A stretch of DNA of 64,000 nt from an uncultured Opitutales bacterium (GTDB lineage Bacteria > Verrucomicrobiota > Verrucomicrobiia > Opitutales > Intestinicryptomonadaceae). Shown here in pieces: positions 1 through 8,496 of the stretch. The stretch is from assembly GCA_944389315.1 (NCBI GenBank), contig CALXLX010000033.1:2981-66980 (forward strand), read 5' to 3'. Within the stretch, counting starts at the first letter, position 1. Every line of letters begins with the position of its first letter. The notes beneath the pieces are model-generated. The model was not told the origin of the DNA, ran no database searches, and was given only the letters and a program-made list of their open reading frames with translations. Made by a program: the position numbers and the translations under genes.

Positions 1-1232
1 TGTCCGTCAGGGACAACCTCATTTCCGGGACCGGCAAGGGCTGGCTCGACGACATGGGCGGCATATACACCCTCGGGGCCTGCCCGGGTTCCATAATTTC
101 CGGCAACGACATTTCCGGTACAGACAGGCACCGCTACGGCGGCTGGGGAATATACAGCGACGAGGGCAGCTCCGGTTGGATAATAGAAAACAACCATGTG
201 AGAAATTGCAGGGACGATTCCTATTTCATGCATTACGGCAGGGGGATAGTTGTCAGGAACAACATCTTCGAGGATTCCAAGACGTCGCAAGTAGGCCTGG
301 GAAGGGTTTACGACGGCTCCTTTGAATACGCGGGGAATGTAGTTGTATTCTCGGAAGGCCGCGTCCTAAGGAACGATTCCCCCATTCCGCCGAAAGCCGT
401 AAAATTTGCCAAAAACATATATTGGCAAAGAGAGGGAAAACCCTTGGATTTCGGAGGGCTCGATTTTGAGAAATGGAAGAGCTTCGGCGGGCGCGACGAA
501 GGCTCAATAATAGAAAACCCAAATCTCCAGAATTATTCCGCGGCAAACCCCGCTCTGAAAAAGATAGGATTTAAACCTTTCAAGCTCGGAGACGCCGGGG
601 CGGATAAGGAGGTTTTGTCGAGAGCCATGAAACTCGCGGAGGGAAGGAGGCTTATAGGGCAGGCTCCGTCCGAGCCCGATTATTCACCCTACGGGGCGAC
701 AAACTCCACGAACTATCCCACAGAAACCGTGGGACGCATGCCCGCCAACATCGAGACTCCTCCCGACGCCGACAGCAATGCCATAATTGTAAAAAGCCAG
801 GACCGCAAAAAGTTCATAAGGCTCAGTTCCAACGAGGATAAGACTAAACGCTCGCAGCTTATATTCCGCTTTAAGGCTCCTAAAAACGAAGTGCGCGCGG
901 ACATAGAATTGCGGCTGGCGCCTGACTCCGACCTCACCGCCATATTCTACAGAGGCAAGAAGAGCGAAGATCTCAAGATATTCAAGGGGGGCCTGAAATT
1001 CGGGGAGATTTCCGATAGCGTAAGCGAATTTGACCAATGGCTGAATTTCCACATAGAGATGCATTCCGACGGCCACACCCTGCTCGAGATAAGCAGGAAC
1101 GGGAGAATCATAAAGAAGCTGGAAGGGAAAACCGCCGGCGAGGGACCCTTCTCTTCTCTGGTTTTGTCTGCGCCCAAGGGAGGCAATGCGCATGCGGATA
1201 TAGGCAATGTGCAAGTCGGGCCGGACGCATAG
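1..1232 (+). CDS. right-handed parallel beta-helix (PbH1) repeat protein, 5'-truncated by the window edge, with a C-terminal beta-sandwich-like tail
   Basis: The frame is open from nt 3 (..SVRDNLISGTGKGWLDD precedes the listed Met at 54). It has successive short turns GNDISGT / IENNHVRNC / VVRNNIFEDS / AGNVVVF typical of the pectate-lyase fold. Stop TAG at 1230-1232. Confidence 0.6.
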   Translation, partial: SVRDNLISGTGKGWLDDMGGIYTLGACPGSIISGNDISGTDRHRYGGWGIYSDEGSSGWIIENNHVRNCRDDSYFMHYGRGIVVRNNIFEDSKTSQVGLGRVYDGSFEYAGNVVVFSEGRVLRNDSPIPPKAVKFAKNIYWQREGKPLDFGGLDFEKWKSFGGRDEGSIIENPNLQNYSAANPALKKIGFKPFKLGDAGADKEVLSRAMKLAEGRRLIGQAPSEPDYSPYGATNSTNYPTETVGRMPANIETPPDADSNAIIVKSQDRKKFIRLSSNEDKTKRSQLIFRFKAPKNEVRADIELRLAPDSDLTAIFYRGKKSEDLKIFKGGLKFGEISDSVSEFDQWLNFHIEMHSDGHTLLEISRNGRIIKKLEGKTAGEGPFSSLVLSAPKGGNAHADIGNVQVGPDA

Positions 1233-1386
1233 ACCTTGCAGGAGGGAACGGACAGGCAGCAAATGGCATCATAACAGCATAGGCATGCAGCCTTTTGCGG
1301 GCGGCAATATTTGGCTATCTTCCCGCGGTGTAAAAAAAAGCTTGACGGAAGATAAAAAAGATAGAGCATGTATTGCTTTCAAAAAT

Positions 1387-1460
1387 TGGCCGATGGTGTA
1401 ATGGTAGCACAAAGGTTTCTGGCACCTTTTGTTGGGGTTCGAGTCCCTATCGGCCAACCA
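1387..1460 (+). tRNA. tRNA-Gln (anticodon CUG), CCA encoded
   Basis: Hand-folded 74-nt cloverleaf. Acceptor TGGCCGA/TCGGCCA. D-stem GTGT/GCAC with an AATGGTA loop. Anticodon stem AAGGT/ACCTT with loop TT-CTG-GC. 4-nt variable loop. T-arm TGGGG-TTCGAGT-CCCTA. Discriminator A plus CCA. Confidence 0.9.
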
Positions 1461-1665
1461 TTTTGATGGGGGTTGTTTTTGCGGAAGTTTTTAGAGTCTG
1501 GAATCCGCACAAATCCATTTGAGCAAGCCTTGGGATAATATATTTCCCCGAAAATGTCCGGGGAACATATGCCCGGGAACAAATATATACGGCAAGCTGA
1601 TCGGCGCATATTGCAACGTCAGTTCAAAGTTCAGAGATGCGGGTTAAAATACGCATAAAAGCATG

Positions 1666-1695
1666 TTGACATGTTGTTTTACATGTATTTATAAG
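1666..1695 (+). promoter_or_regulatory. candidate sigma70-type promoter for the glycosyltransferase operon
   Basis: TTGACA (1666-1671), an 18-nt spacer, then TATAAG (1690-1695). It lies about 75 nt upstream of the ATG at 1771. Sequence match only, and this lineage's promoter consensus is unknown. Confidence 0.35.
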
Positions 1696-1770
1696 TTGAG
1701 CACAGTCTGCATAAAGTTACTTTGCCGTTCCGATAATTTCTTAAAAAGATATATAGATAGAGACAATTTA

Positions 1771-2568
1771 ATGGATAACACCCTACAGGATAAAAATATG
1801 TCGGCAGACATTCTGAAAAATCCCCCCGGAGTGTTGAAATACAAGATATTTGTCATAAATCTGGACAGATCCGCAGACAGATTGCTGCAAATGCAGCGGC
1901 AGCTGGAAAACGCAGGATTAGAATTTGAACGGGTTCCGGCGGTAGACGGAAACGCGCTGGACGACGAGAGCATAGGCAGGAACTATTCAAAGGAGCTAAA
2001 TAGGAAAAAGTACTATGTGCCTTTAAAGAAGGCGGAAATAGGCTGTTATATGAGCCATCTGAAGGCCTGTAAAAAAATAGTCGAGAGCGGCTTGGACTAC
2101 GGAATCATCCTTGAAGACGACTTAATCCTAAAGAAAAATTTCCGCCTGCTTCCTGAAATCATAAGGCACATTCCGGCAGACTGGGACTACATAAAACTGA
2201 TTGCCCCGTTCAGGAAGAAAAGGATAACGGGAAGAATTCCAATAGAGATGTTTGAAAACGCCTCAGCCCGCCCGGAGAAGTTTGAACTTGTCAGATGGAA
2301 TAAACCCCCCACCGGGACACAGGCCTACGCGATTAGCCGGAGCGGCGCGGAGGAATTCTTGCGGAGGCGTTCGGTCTTTTTCCGCCCCATAGACGTCGAC
2401 CTGCAGTTCACTTGGGAGACGGGGATAGATGTCGTGGGCTTGGAGCCGCAGCTATGCAAGATTTCAGACGCAGAATCTACAATAGGCGGGAGGAAGTTGA
2501 AACCCCACTATCCGGCAGCCAGGCTAATATACAAACTAAAATACGCGATAAACTCTCTCATCAGATAG
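1771..2568 (+). CDS. glycosyltransferase family 25 (LOS/LPS beta-1,4-galactosyltransferase-like)
   Basis: N-terminus YKIFVINLDRSADRLLQMQRQLENAGLEFERVPAVDG, then EIGCYMSHL and ILEDD, the hallmark GT25 layout. I prefer the ATG at 1771 over the listed 1663, because the extension is Cys/Leu-rich junk overlapping the promoter. Confidence 0.8.
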   Translation: MDNTLQDKNMSADILKNPPGVLKYKIFVINLDRSADRLLQMQRQLENAGLEFERVPAVDGNALDDESIGRNYSKELNRKKYYVPLKKAEIGCYMSHLKACKKIVESGLDYGIILEDDLILKKNFRLLPEIIRHIPADWDYIKLIAPFRKKRITGRIPIEMFENASARPEKFELVRWNKPPTGTQAYAISRSGAEEFLRRRSVFFRPIDVDLQFTWETGIDVVGLEPQLCKISDAESTIGGRKLKPHYPAARLIYKLKYAINSLIR

Positions 2569-2571
2569 CAT

Positions 2572-3366
2572 ATGGGCAGTTTAAAATACAAAATCTTCGT
2601 GATAAACATGCCCGGATCAAAAGAGAGATGGGAGTATGTAAAAACGCAGCTAGACGGCTTCAAAGCAGACTACGAGCGCGTAGAGGGAATAGACGTCTCA
2701 AAACTCTCGGAGGGAGAATTGGACAAATACTATTCCTACTCGAAGAATAGGAAAACTTATCCGAAGCCCCTAACCCGGGGAGAGATAGGCTGCCACATGG
2801 CGCACATAAAGTGTTGGGAGGAGGCCCTGAGGAGGAATCTCGACTTCGCGGTGGTTCTTGAGGACGACATTTCCATAGACGATAGGTTTCCTGAGGCCTT
2901 GAAGTTCTTAGAGTCGCATCCGTCGGGCTGGGATTTCATACGCCTGCAGGCCGAGACGAAGCCGCGGAGGCTGTATTTCAAAGAGGACTTTGGGAGTTTT
3001 TCCATATATGAGTACATAAGGCACTCTGGCTGCACGTGGGGCTATGCTTTAAACTCCAAGGCGGCGAAGACCCTCGTGGAAAGTCTTCTTCCGTTTGGCA
3101 TGACGGCCGACTCTAATATGCACGCGTACTACCGTTTCGGGATAGACGTAAAGACGCTCATTCCGCCAGTCATATTCGCCAGGCCGAACAACGATTCAGA
3201 CATAGAGTGCGCGTCGATGCGCAAAAAGCAGCGGAATTTCTATCCGTTTGCAAGGCAGGTATTTTCCCTGCGGCACTATTTGGGACGCCTTGTCCAGCTC
3301 GCAAAACGCGACGGCACAGGGGTTTTTCTCCGGCGCATTGCCGGATCAAGGAACATTCTAACATAG
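2572..3366 (+). CDS. glycosyltransferase family 25, second paralogue
   Basis: YKIFVINMPGSKERWEYVKTQLDGFKADYERVEGID, EIGCHMAHI and VLEDD. It starts 4 nt after the upstream stop. Confidence 0.8.
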   Translation: MGSLKYKIFVINMPGSKERWEYVKTQLDGFKADYERVEGIDVSKLSEGELDKYYSYSKNRKTYPKPLTRGEIGCHMAHIKCWEEALRRNLDFAVVLEDDISIDDRFPEALKFLESHPSGWDFIRLQAETKPRRLYFKEDFGSFSIYEYIRHSGCTWGYALNSKAAKTLVESLLPFGMTADSNMHAYYRFGIDVKTLIPPVIFARPNNDSDIECASMRKKQRNFYPFARQVFSLRHYLGRLVQLAKRDGTGVFLRRIAGSRNILT

Positions 3367-3375
3367 GAGACTGAA

Positions 3376-4251
3376 ATGGAAAACTTATCCATAGGCATAC
3401 TAACCTGGAAGCGTCTGGACATTCTGAGGCAGACGCTGATTTCATATAGGGACAACGGCCTATTAGACCTGTCCGACGACATCACAATATTCTTCCAAGA
3501 AATGGGAGACGAGGAGGTTGCTCTGGCCAAGGAATTCAACATAAAATATATTGGCGACAAGGACAATGTAGGCATAAAAGAGGCCTACAAGGCTCTTGTC
3601 AACAAGGCGAAACATCCATATTTTATGTTTCTGGAAAACGACTGGTATCTTATAGAGAAAAGCGACGTTGTCAGAAGAAGGATAGAGGCGGGAATATCAA
3701 TACTCGAGAGCGGCAAGGCTGATGTTGTAAGATACAGGCACCGCATTAGGCCGGGATATCCGTGCGGCATAGTAAGGAGAAACAGGCGCAGGCCAGAGCT
3801 CACACCAAAAGATGATTTAGCTTTTGTACCCTCCACGACGGATATTCCCGAAAAGATATTCGACGAGATTTCCGCCACCGAAATACAAGGCGAGAAATAT
3901 TATTTTGTCGGGGCGAAGAACACGTACTGGACGAACAATCCGTGCCTGTTTAAAACGGACTTTGTTAGGGAAATTATGGATAAAGAGGTTAAGACTCTTA
4001 ATCCGGACAGGTTGATTAAGAAATACAATGTCCCATTTAAAAAGATATCCCTTGAGGGTGACTTAGGCAGATACTGGAAAACCACTGACCACGTTACGGC
4101 TTTGTCTCCCGGGCTTTTTATGCATCTCGATTATATCGACGATTTCAAAAAGCACATAAAGTTACCGGAAATATTCTTGAGGATATTGTGCTGGTTTATT
4201 CCCAACGCAAAGTATAGAAAATATCTAAGGGGCAAATATTCCAGAGTTTAA
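3376..4251 (+). CDS. GT-A-fold glycosyltransferase (family unassigned) with a basic amphipathic C-terminal tail
   Basis: AGGAGA RBS at 3365-3370. N-terminus LSIGILTWKRLDILRQTL (Rossmann-like first strand). ENDW stands in place of a DXD motif. C-terminal ...LCWFIPNAKYRKYLRGKY. The family assignment is tentative. Confidence 0.55.
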   Translation: MENLSIGILTWKRLDILRQTLISYRDNGLLDLSDDITIFFQEMGDEEVALAKEFNIKYIGDKDNVGIKEAYKALVNKAKHPYFMFLENDWYLIEKSDVVRRRIEAGISILESGKADVVRYRHRIRPGYPCGIVRRNRRRPELTPKDDLAFVPSTTDIPEKIFDEISATEIQGEKYYFVGAKNTYWTNNPCLFKTDFVREIMDKEVKTLNPDRLIKKYNVPFKKISLEGDLGRYWKTTDHVTALSPGLFMHLDYIDDFKKHIKLPEIFLRILCWFIPNAKYRKYLRGKYSRV

Positions 4252-4895
4252 CATCAGAACGATTCAAAAGCCCAGCACGGAATCGCAAAGACAGGCATTG
4301 CGTAAAAGATGCGCATATCGGCTGCAACAACATTCCGGAAACTGCGCCGCAATTTACACACGCACGCCGCATTGCGATTATCCCATGGGACTAATCGGCA
4401 TGCAAATCCGGCTTTGAGAAGCATTGATTCAAGAGATGTCTTTTTTGAGGGCGCTCGCATAGAAAACATTCTTTTGAACGCATTGCAACTTCTCCATTAA
4501 AGGAAAACTTTGTCTTTTAGCAAAGGCACAAACAGTCAGTTGATGGAATAACTTTCTAAAAGAAAATGTATGGGGATAAGATATGCGGCAGTTACCACAC
4601 TCACTCCCTCCGGGGGGAAAGCAGTCCAGGGAAAACACAAAATCGGAAAAGCTCCAATGGGCACTTGAACCGCCGGATATCCACCTAAACTGCCGCCCTC
4701 ACATAAGGCGCAGGGAATATCTTTTATCTTTACAATTATCGGCAACAAACATAGAAACCCATATTGGAGTTTCTCACCAGAACTCAGGGCCTGCATGGAT
4801 CCCAAGATATTCATAGTAATTTCCGTTTGCAATCCAGAGGAATATCTAAGACCATGTCAGAATTCCGCTCTAATATAGAAAGCTATTGTTAACAT

Positions 4896-5933
4896 ATGTA
4901 TAAGAATACTTTAGAGAAGATATTCTCGATAAAGGGGACAAGATCGCATAAGATCATGACAATTTTAGGGCTAGAGATAAAATATCGTCCCCTTAAAAGG
5001 AAACTGACATATCCATGGGAGACCGGCTGTCCCGCAGAAGAATTTATCCGGATGTACGACTCTCTCTTTTTCTTTAGCCGCATGAGGCTTCCTCGCGAGA
5101 TTACGCTTATAGAATGCGTTGCGCTTCTTGAAGCGGGAGAACGCGACAAGGCCCTTAGCCTTTTGTCATCATACATCAAAAAGCACGGATACAAGGATGT
5201 TGCCTCGTATATGCCGTTGGCTGAGTTATATTGCAAAAGCCAGAATGCAAATCAAGCCGACCTGACAGAGTCGGCTAAGGCGTACGATAGGCTCAAAGAC
5301 AGCAGGAGCAAAGGGCTGTTAAAAGACCTCATATCGGGGAAGAGCGTTGCCATTGTCGGGAACGGGCCGTCTGAGGTAGGATTAGGCCTCGGCGCAGAGA
5401 TAGAATCGCACGATGTAGTGATAAGGTTCAACAATTTCAAGGTTGACGGCTTTGAAGCAGACTACGGATGCAGGACAGACATATGGGTGAAATGCCAGAG
5501 AAACGATGTCGTGCATAGGAAGCTGAAAGACGTTTCCCTCATATTGTACGAACCTGACTGGGACAGGACACCCATATTTGAAGAATACATAAAAGTCATA
5601 CTATCAGACGACGCCCCTGCCGATTTCTTCCGTACAGAGGAGCACTCGCATTTATACGCCGCGCTCAAAAGCTCTCCTTCTACCGGCCTTGTTCTTATAG
5701 ACAATATATTCAAGTATAATCCAAGAGAGGTAGACGTCTACGGATTTCAATTTCTGCAGGAGATACAAGACGGCGTATGCTCCCATTATTTCAAAGACCG
5801 GAACAAGAGCAAGGACATGAGGATAGGTGGGATGCACAATTTAGGAAGGGAATCGGAATACATAACATCTTTCCTATTGGATAAATTCGGGGAAAGCACA
5901 AAAAAGAGGGTGGCTTCTACAGCGCAAAGATAG
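4896..5933 (+). CDS. GT29-like (eukaryotic-type) sialyltransferase homologue with an N-terminal helical extension
   Basis: Motif L-like VAIVGNGPS..GAEIESHDVVIRFNN....GFEADYGCRTD (aa 150-196). Motif S-like PSTGLVLID....VDVYGF (aa 261-284). HYF (aa 297-299). H-NLGR-E (aa 314-319). Confidence 0.7.
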   Translation: MYKNTLEKIFSIKGTRSHKIMTILGLEIKYRPLKRKLTYPWETGCPAEEFIRMYDSLFFFSRMRLPREITLIECVALLEAGERDKALSLLSSYIKKHGYKDVASYMPLAELYCKSQNANQADLTESAKAYDRLKDSRSKGLLKDLISGKSVAIVGNGPSEVGLGLGAEIESHDVVIRFNNFKVDGFEADYGCRTDIWVKCQRNDVVHRKLKDVSLILYEPDWDRTPIFEEYIKVILSDDAPADFFRTEEHSHLYAALKSSPSTGLVLIDNIFKYNPREVDVYGFQFLQEIQDGVCSHYFKDRNKSKDMRIGGMHNLGRESEYITSFLLDKFGESTKKRVASTAQR

Positions 5934-5983
5934 AAGCGGGAAGCCTTAAGAATTTATACATTTCAATACGAATCTGCAGGCAG

Positions 5984-7054
5984 ATGAGTTTAGTAATCAT
6001 TAGCATAATTCTCATATTTATATTTGTCGCGGCAATAATTATTGTGCGGCATAGAAAGAGATACAGGCGCAAAATAGCCATGCTTGAAAGCGAGAATATG
6101 ACGCTGTCTCGAAACTATGCGAGGTTTTGCCCCATATCTAAAAATAAACGCGCATACCTGCTCAACGACACCCGCAGAGAAACAAACCACTGCGGCTGCG
6201 AGCTTGTTAACAGAAACATAGAAATATGCCTGGAGAAAAACGGCATAGATGTGTCGTTTTCAGACTCCACCAATCCAAATTGCGACATTACGGACAAGAA
6301 TGCCTTTGTTTCTATACTCTCGCATATGGATATTCTCATATTAAACGGAGAGGGAACATTGCACGACGATGCGGGAACCCGTCTTCTTGAGAAATGCCTT
6401 TTGGCAAAAGAGCTTGGGATTCCGTGCGTCCTGATAAATTCCGTATGGCAAAACAACAGGATAAACAAAAAATATCTCCATATCTTCGATATTATAGCCG
6501 TCAGGGAATCTCTCTCCCTGCAGGAGTTGCCGCCGGAATATAGGCATAAGGCCTTGTGCGTTCCTGACTTAACAATGCTAAGCAATCCAGACTTGAAATA
6601 TTCGCACGCGGAAAAGCCTTGCACCGTACTGACGGACTCGGTCATAAGAAAAGTCTCCAAGAAGCTGGAAAAATATGCAAAACGCCACAAATATAAATTC
6701 TGGACGATGAATCCGAGGAACGGAAACATCTTCGTTACGGAGGAAAAGATAGCGTCCCTGGCGCGAGATTCCATGGTAATAACAGGCAGATTTCACGTCG
6801 CTACATTATGCATAAAATACGGAATCCCTTTCCTGGCTATAGAATCAAACACGCATAAAATAAGCGGTTTATTGAAGGATTCCAACCTGGATTTCTGCCT
6901 GATAAATTCAGTAGATGAGATAGACAATGCCATTGCGCGTTTCGACAAGGACAAATTCCATAAAAACGCATCAATATATACAAACGCCGCCAACAGCAAA
7001 ATAGACTCGCTATTCTCAGGCATAAGACGCCTCATTGCTAAAGGCGTCAACTGA
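5984..7054 (+). CDS. polysaccharide pyruvyl transferase family protein with an N-terminal transmembrane helix
   Basis: N-terminal hydrophobic helix SLVIISIILIFIFVAAIIIV. ILILNGEGTLHDD...IPCVLINSVW and ...MVITGRFHVATLCIKYGIPFLAIESNTHKISGL match the CsaB/WcaK-type pyruvyl transferase core. Confidence 0.65.
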   Translation: MSLVIISIILIFIFVAAIIIVRHRKRYRRKIAMLESENMTLSRNYARFCPISKNKRAYLLNDTRRETNHCGCELVNRNIEICLEKNGIDVSFSDSTNPNCDITDKNAFVSILSHMDILILNGEGTLHDDAGTRLLEKCLLAKELGIPCVLINSVWQNNRINKKYLHIFDIIAVRESLSLQELPPEYRHKALCVPDLTMLSNPDLKYSHAEKPCTVLTDSVIRKVSKKLEKYAKRHKYKFWTMNPRNGNIFVTEEKIASLARDSMVITGRFHVATLCIKYGIPFLAIESNTHKISGLLKDSNLDFCLINSVDEIDNAIARFDKDKFHKNASIYTNAANSKIDSLFSGIRRLIAKGVN

Positions 7055-7327
7055 GGCGCTTTTGCCTGCATATAAAACACACTAAGTGGAGAAAATCTCC
7101 CTTCTAAAATTTAAGGTCCAACGGCTTGCATTGCGACACAGGATCCGCAGAGTTTACTTTTTGTTCAAATTAGGATTGAAAACATTCCGAGAATCCTAAA
7201 AAAATTTTCATCGAGGAAAATATCTTAAAGCAAAGAATCTACCATAAAAAAATATGCAGTATATCTATTTGCGCTCACGTTATCTCTGCTGGCTCCAAAA
7301 CTTATTGCGAGTTTCGACGGGCTAAAT

Positions 7328-8400
7328 ATGAATATGGGAACCCTTTCCCTGCTCTCCGACGCAAAATCGCGCTCCATAAGCCCGGAAAACATAACCGGCG
7401 AAAAAGGCGGGGCAGCAACGGCGGACCCGTCTAAGGAAGTCCGCAACATCTCAAATGCAGCCCATGCGGCAAAAGAGCTCGGAAAGGGCTGGAAGGTGAA
7501 TCCGTTTCTAAAAATCTCCGCGGGGGGGAGACTATTACAATAGCAGAAATTAACGGCTCAGGAGCAATACAGCAGATATGGATGACGCCGACGGGCAACT
7601 GGAGGACGACTATTATCCGCATATATTGGGACGGCGAGGAAACGCCCTCTGTCGAGTGCCCGGTGGGAGACTTCTTCTGCAGCGCGTACAATAGCTACGC
7701 GCAACTGTCGTCGCTTGCAGTGTGCGTCAACCCGGGCAGCGCATTCAACTGCTACTGGAAAATGCCATTCCGCAAAAGCGCAAAAATAACCATGCAAAAT
7801 ATGGGAAATAAGGAGATGCGCCTGTACTACCAGATAAATTATGTGCTGGCAGAAGTCGGAGACGACGAAGCCTATTTCCACGCGCAATACAGGCAAAGCA
7901 AACCCACAAACGGCGGCATACATACTATTCTGGACGGCGTAAAAGGGAAAGGCCACTATGTGGGGACATACTTTGCTTGGCGCGTCAACAACACCGGCTG
8001 GTGGGGAGAGGGCGAGGTGAAATTCTACATGGACGGCGACAACCAGTTCCCGACTATATGCGGCACCGGCCTTGAGGACTACATCTGCGGCTCGTACAAT
8101 TTTGATGTCGGTAGAAAGTACGTTACGTTTTCAACCCCATATTCGGGCCTTACACAGGCAATCTGCCCGAAAGACACGTACGGCGGAGGGTCGAAATTTG
8201 GAATGTACCGCTGGCATATAACAGATCCCGTGAGGTTCGATTCAGACCTTAAAGTCGACGTGCAAGACTTGGGCTGGCGCGACGGCGGAAGGTACAACAT
8301 ACAAAAATCCAACATCTCCACCGTGGCATTCTGGTATCAGAGGGAGCCCCACGACCCCTTCCCCGCCCTTCCAAAAGCGGAAGACCTTGTCATGGAATAA
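7328..8400 (+). pseudogene. DUF2961 / GH172-family glycoside hydrolase, reading frame broken at a G7 homopolymer
   Basis: ORF 7328-7543 (..SRSISPENITGEKGG..GKGWKVNPFLKISAG) and ORF 7582-8400 (..IRIYWDGEETPSVECPVGDFF..) are the two halves of one DUF2961 protein. The second frame reads ..GETITIAEINGSGAIQQIWMTP from 7528 onward. The junction is the G run at 7522-7528. Confidence 0.75.
7522..7528 (+). repeat. G7 homopolymer at the frameshift point of the DUF2961 gene
   Basis: Sequence is cGGGGGGGag. A tract of 8 G (or 5 G) would fuse the two ORFs in frame. Confidence 0.9.
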
Positions 8401-8496
8401 AGCCTACCCAGGCGCGCGCGGCGGATTTTTTCATCCGCCCGCAAAACGCGCGGGGGGCATGGGCATTCAATAAAGGCCTAAGGCGGCAGAATTAAA

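Noticed and set aside
4252-4895. Individual short ORFs in the gap (4309-4500 +, 4583-4816 +, 4254-4469 -, 4429-4638 -, 4536-4832 -) as real genes.
   Set aside because: They have no RBS, overlap one another, and have Cys/Arg/Pro-rich unnatural composition. They are reported only collectively as a possible gene relic.
1387-7327. Integrative element (genomic island with integrase, or prophage) inserted at tRNA-Gln.
   Set aside because: I found no integrase, recombinase or mobility gene. I also found no direct repeat of the tRNA 3' end (..GAGTCCCTATCGGCCA) at the distal island border. Only the compositional and functional island claim is retained.
8412-8446. Imperfect hairpin GCGGCGGAT-tttttc-ATCCGCCCGC between the convergent DUF2961 and iclR genes.
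   Set aside because: The stem is bulged and has no flanking U-tract on either strand. It could still act as a terminator, but the evidence is too weak to annotate.
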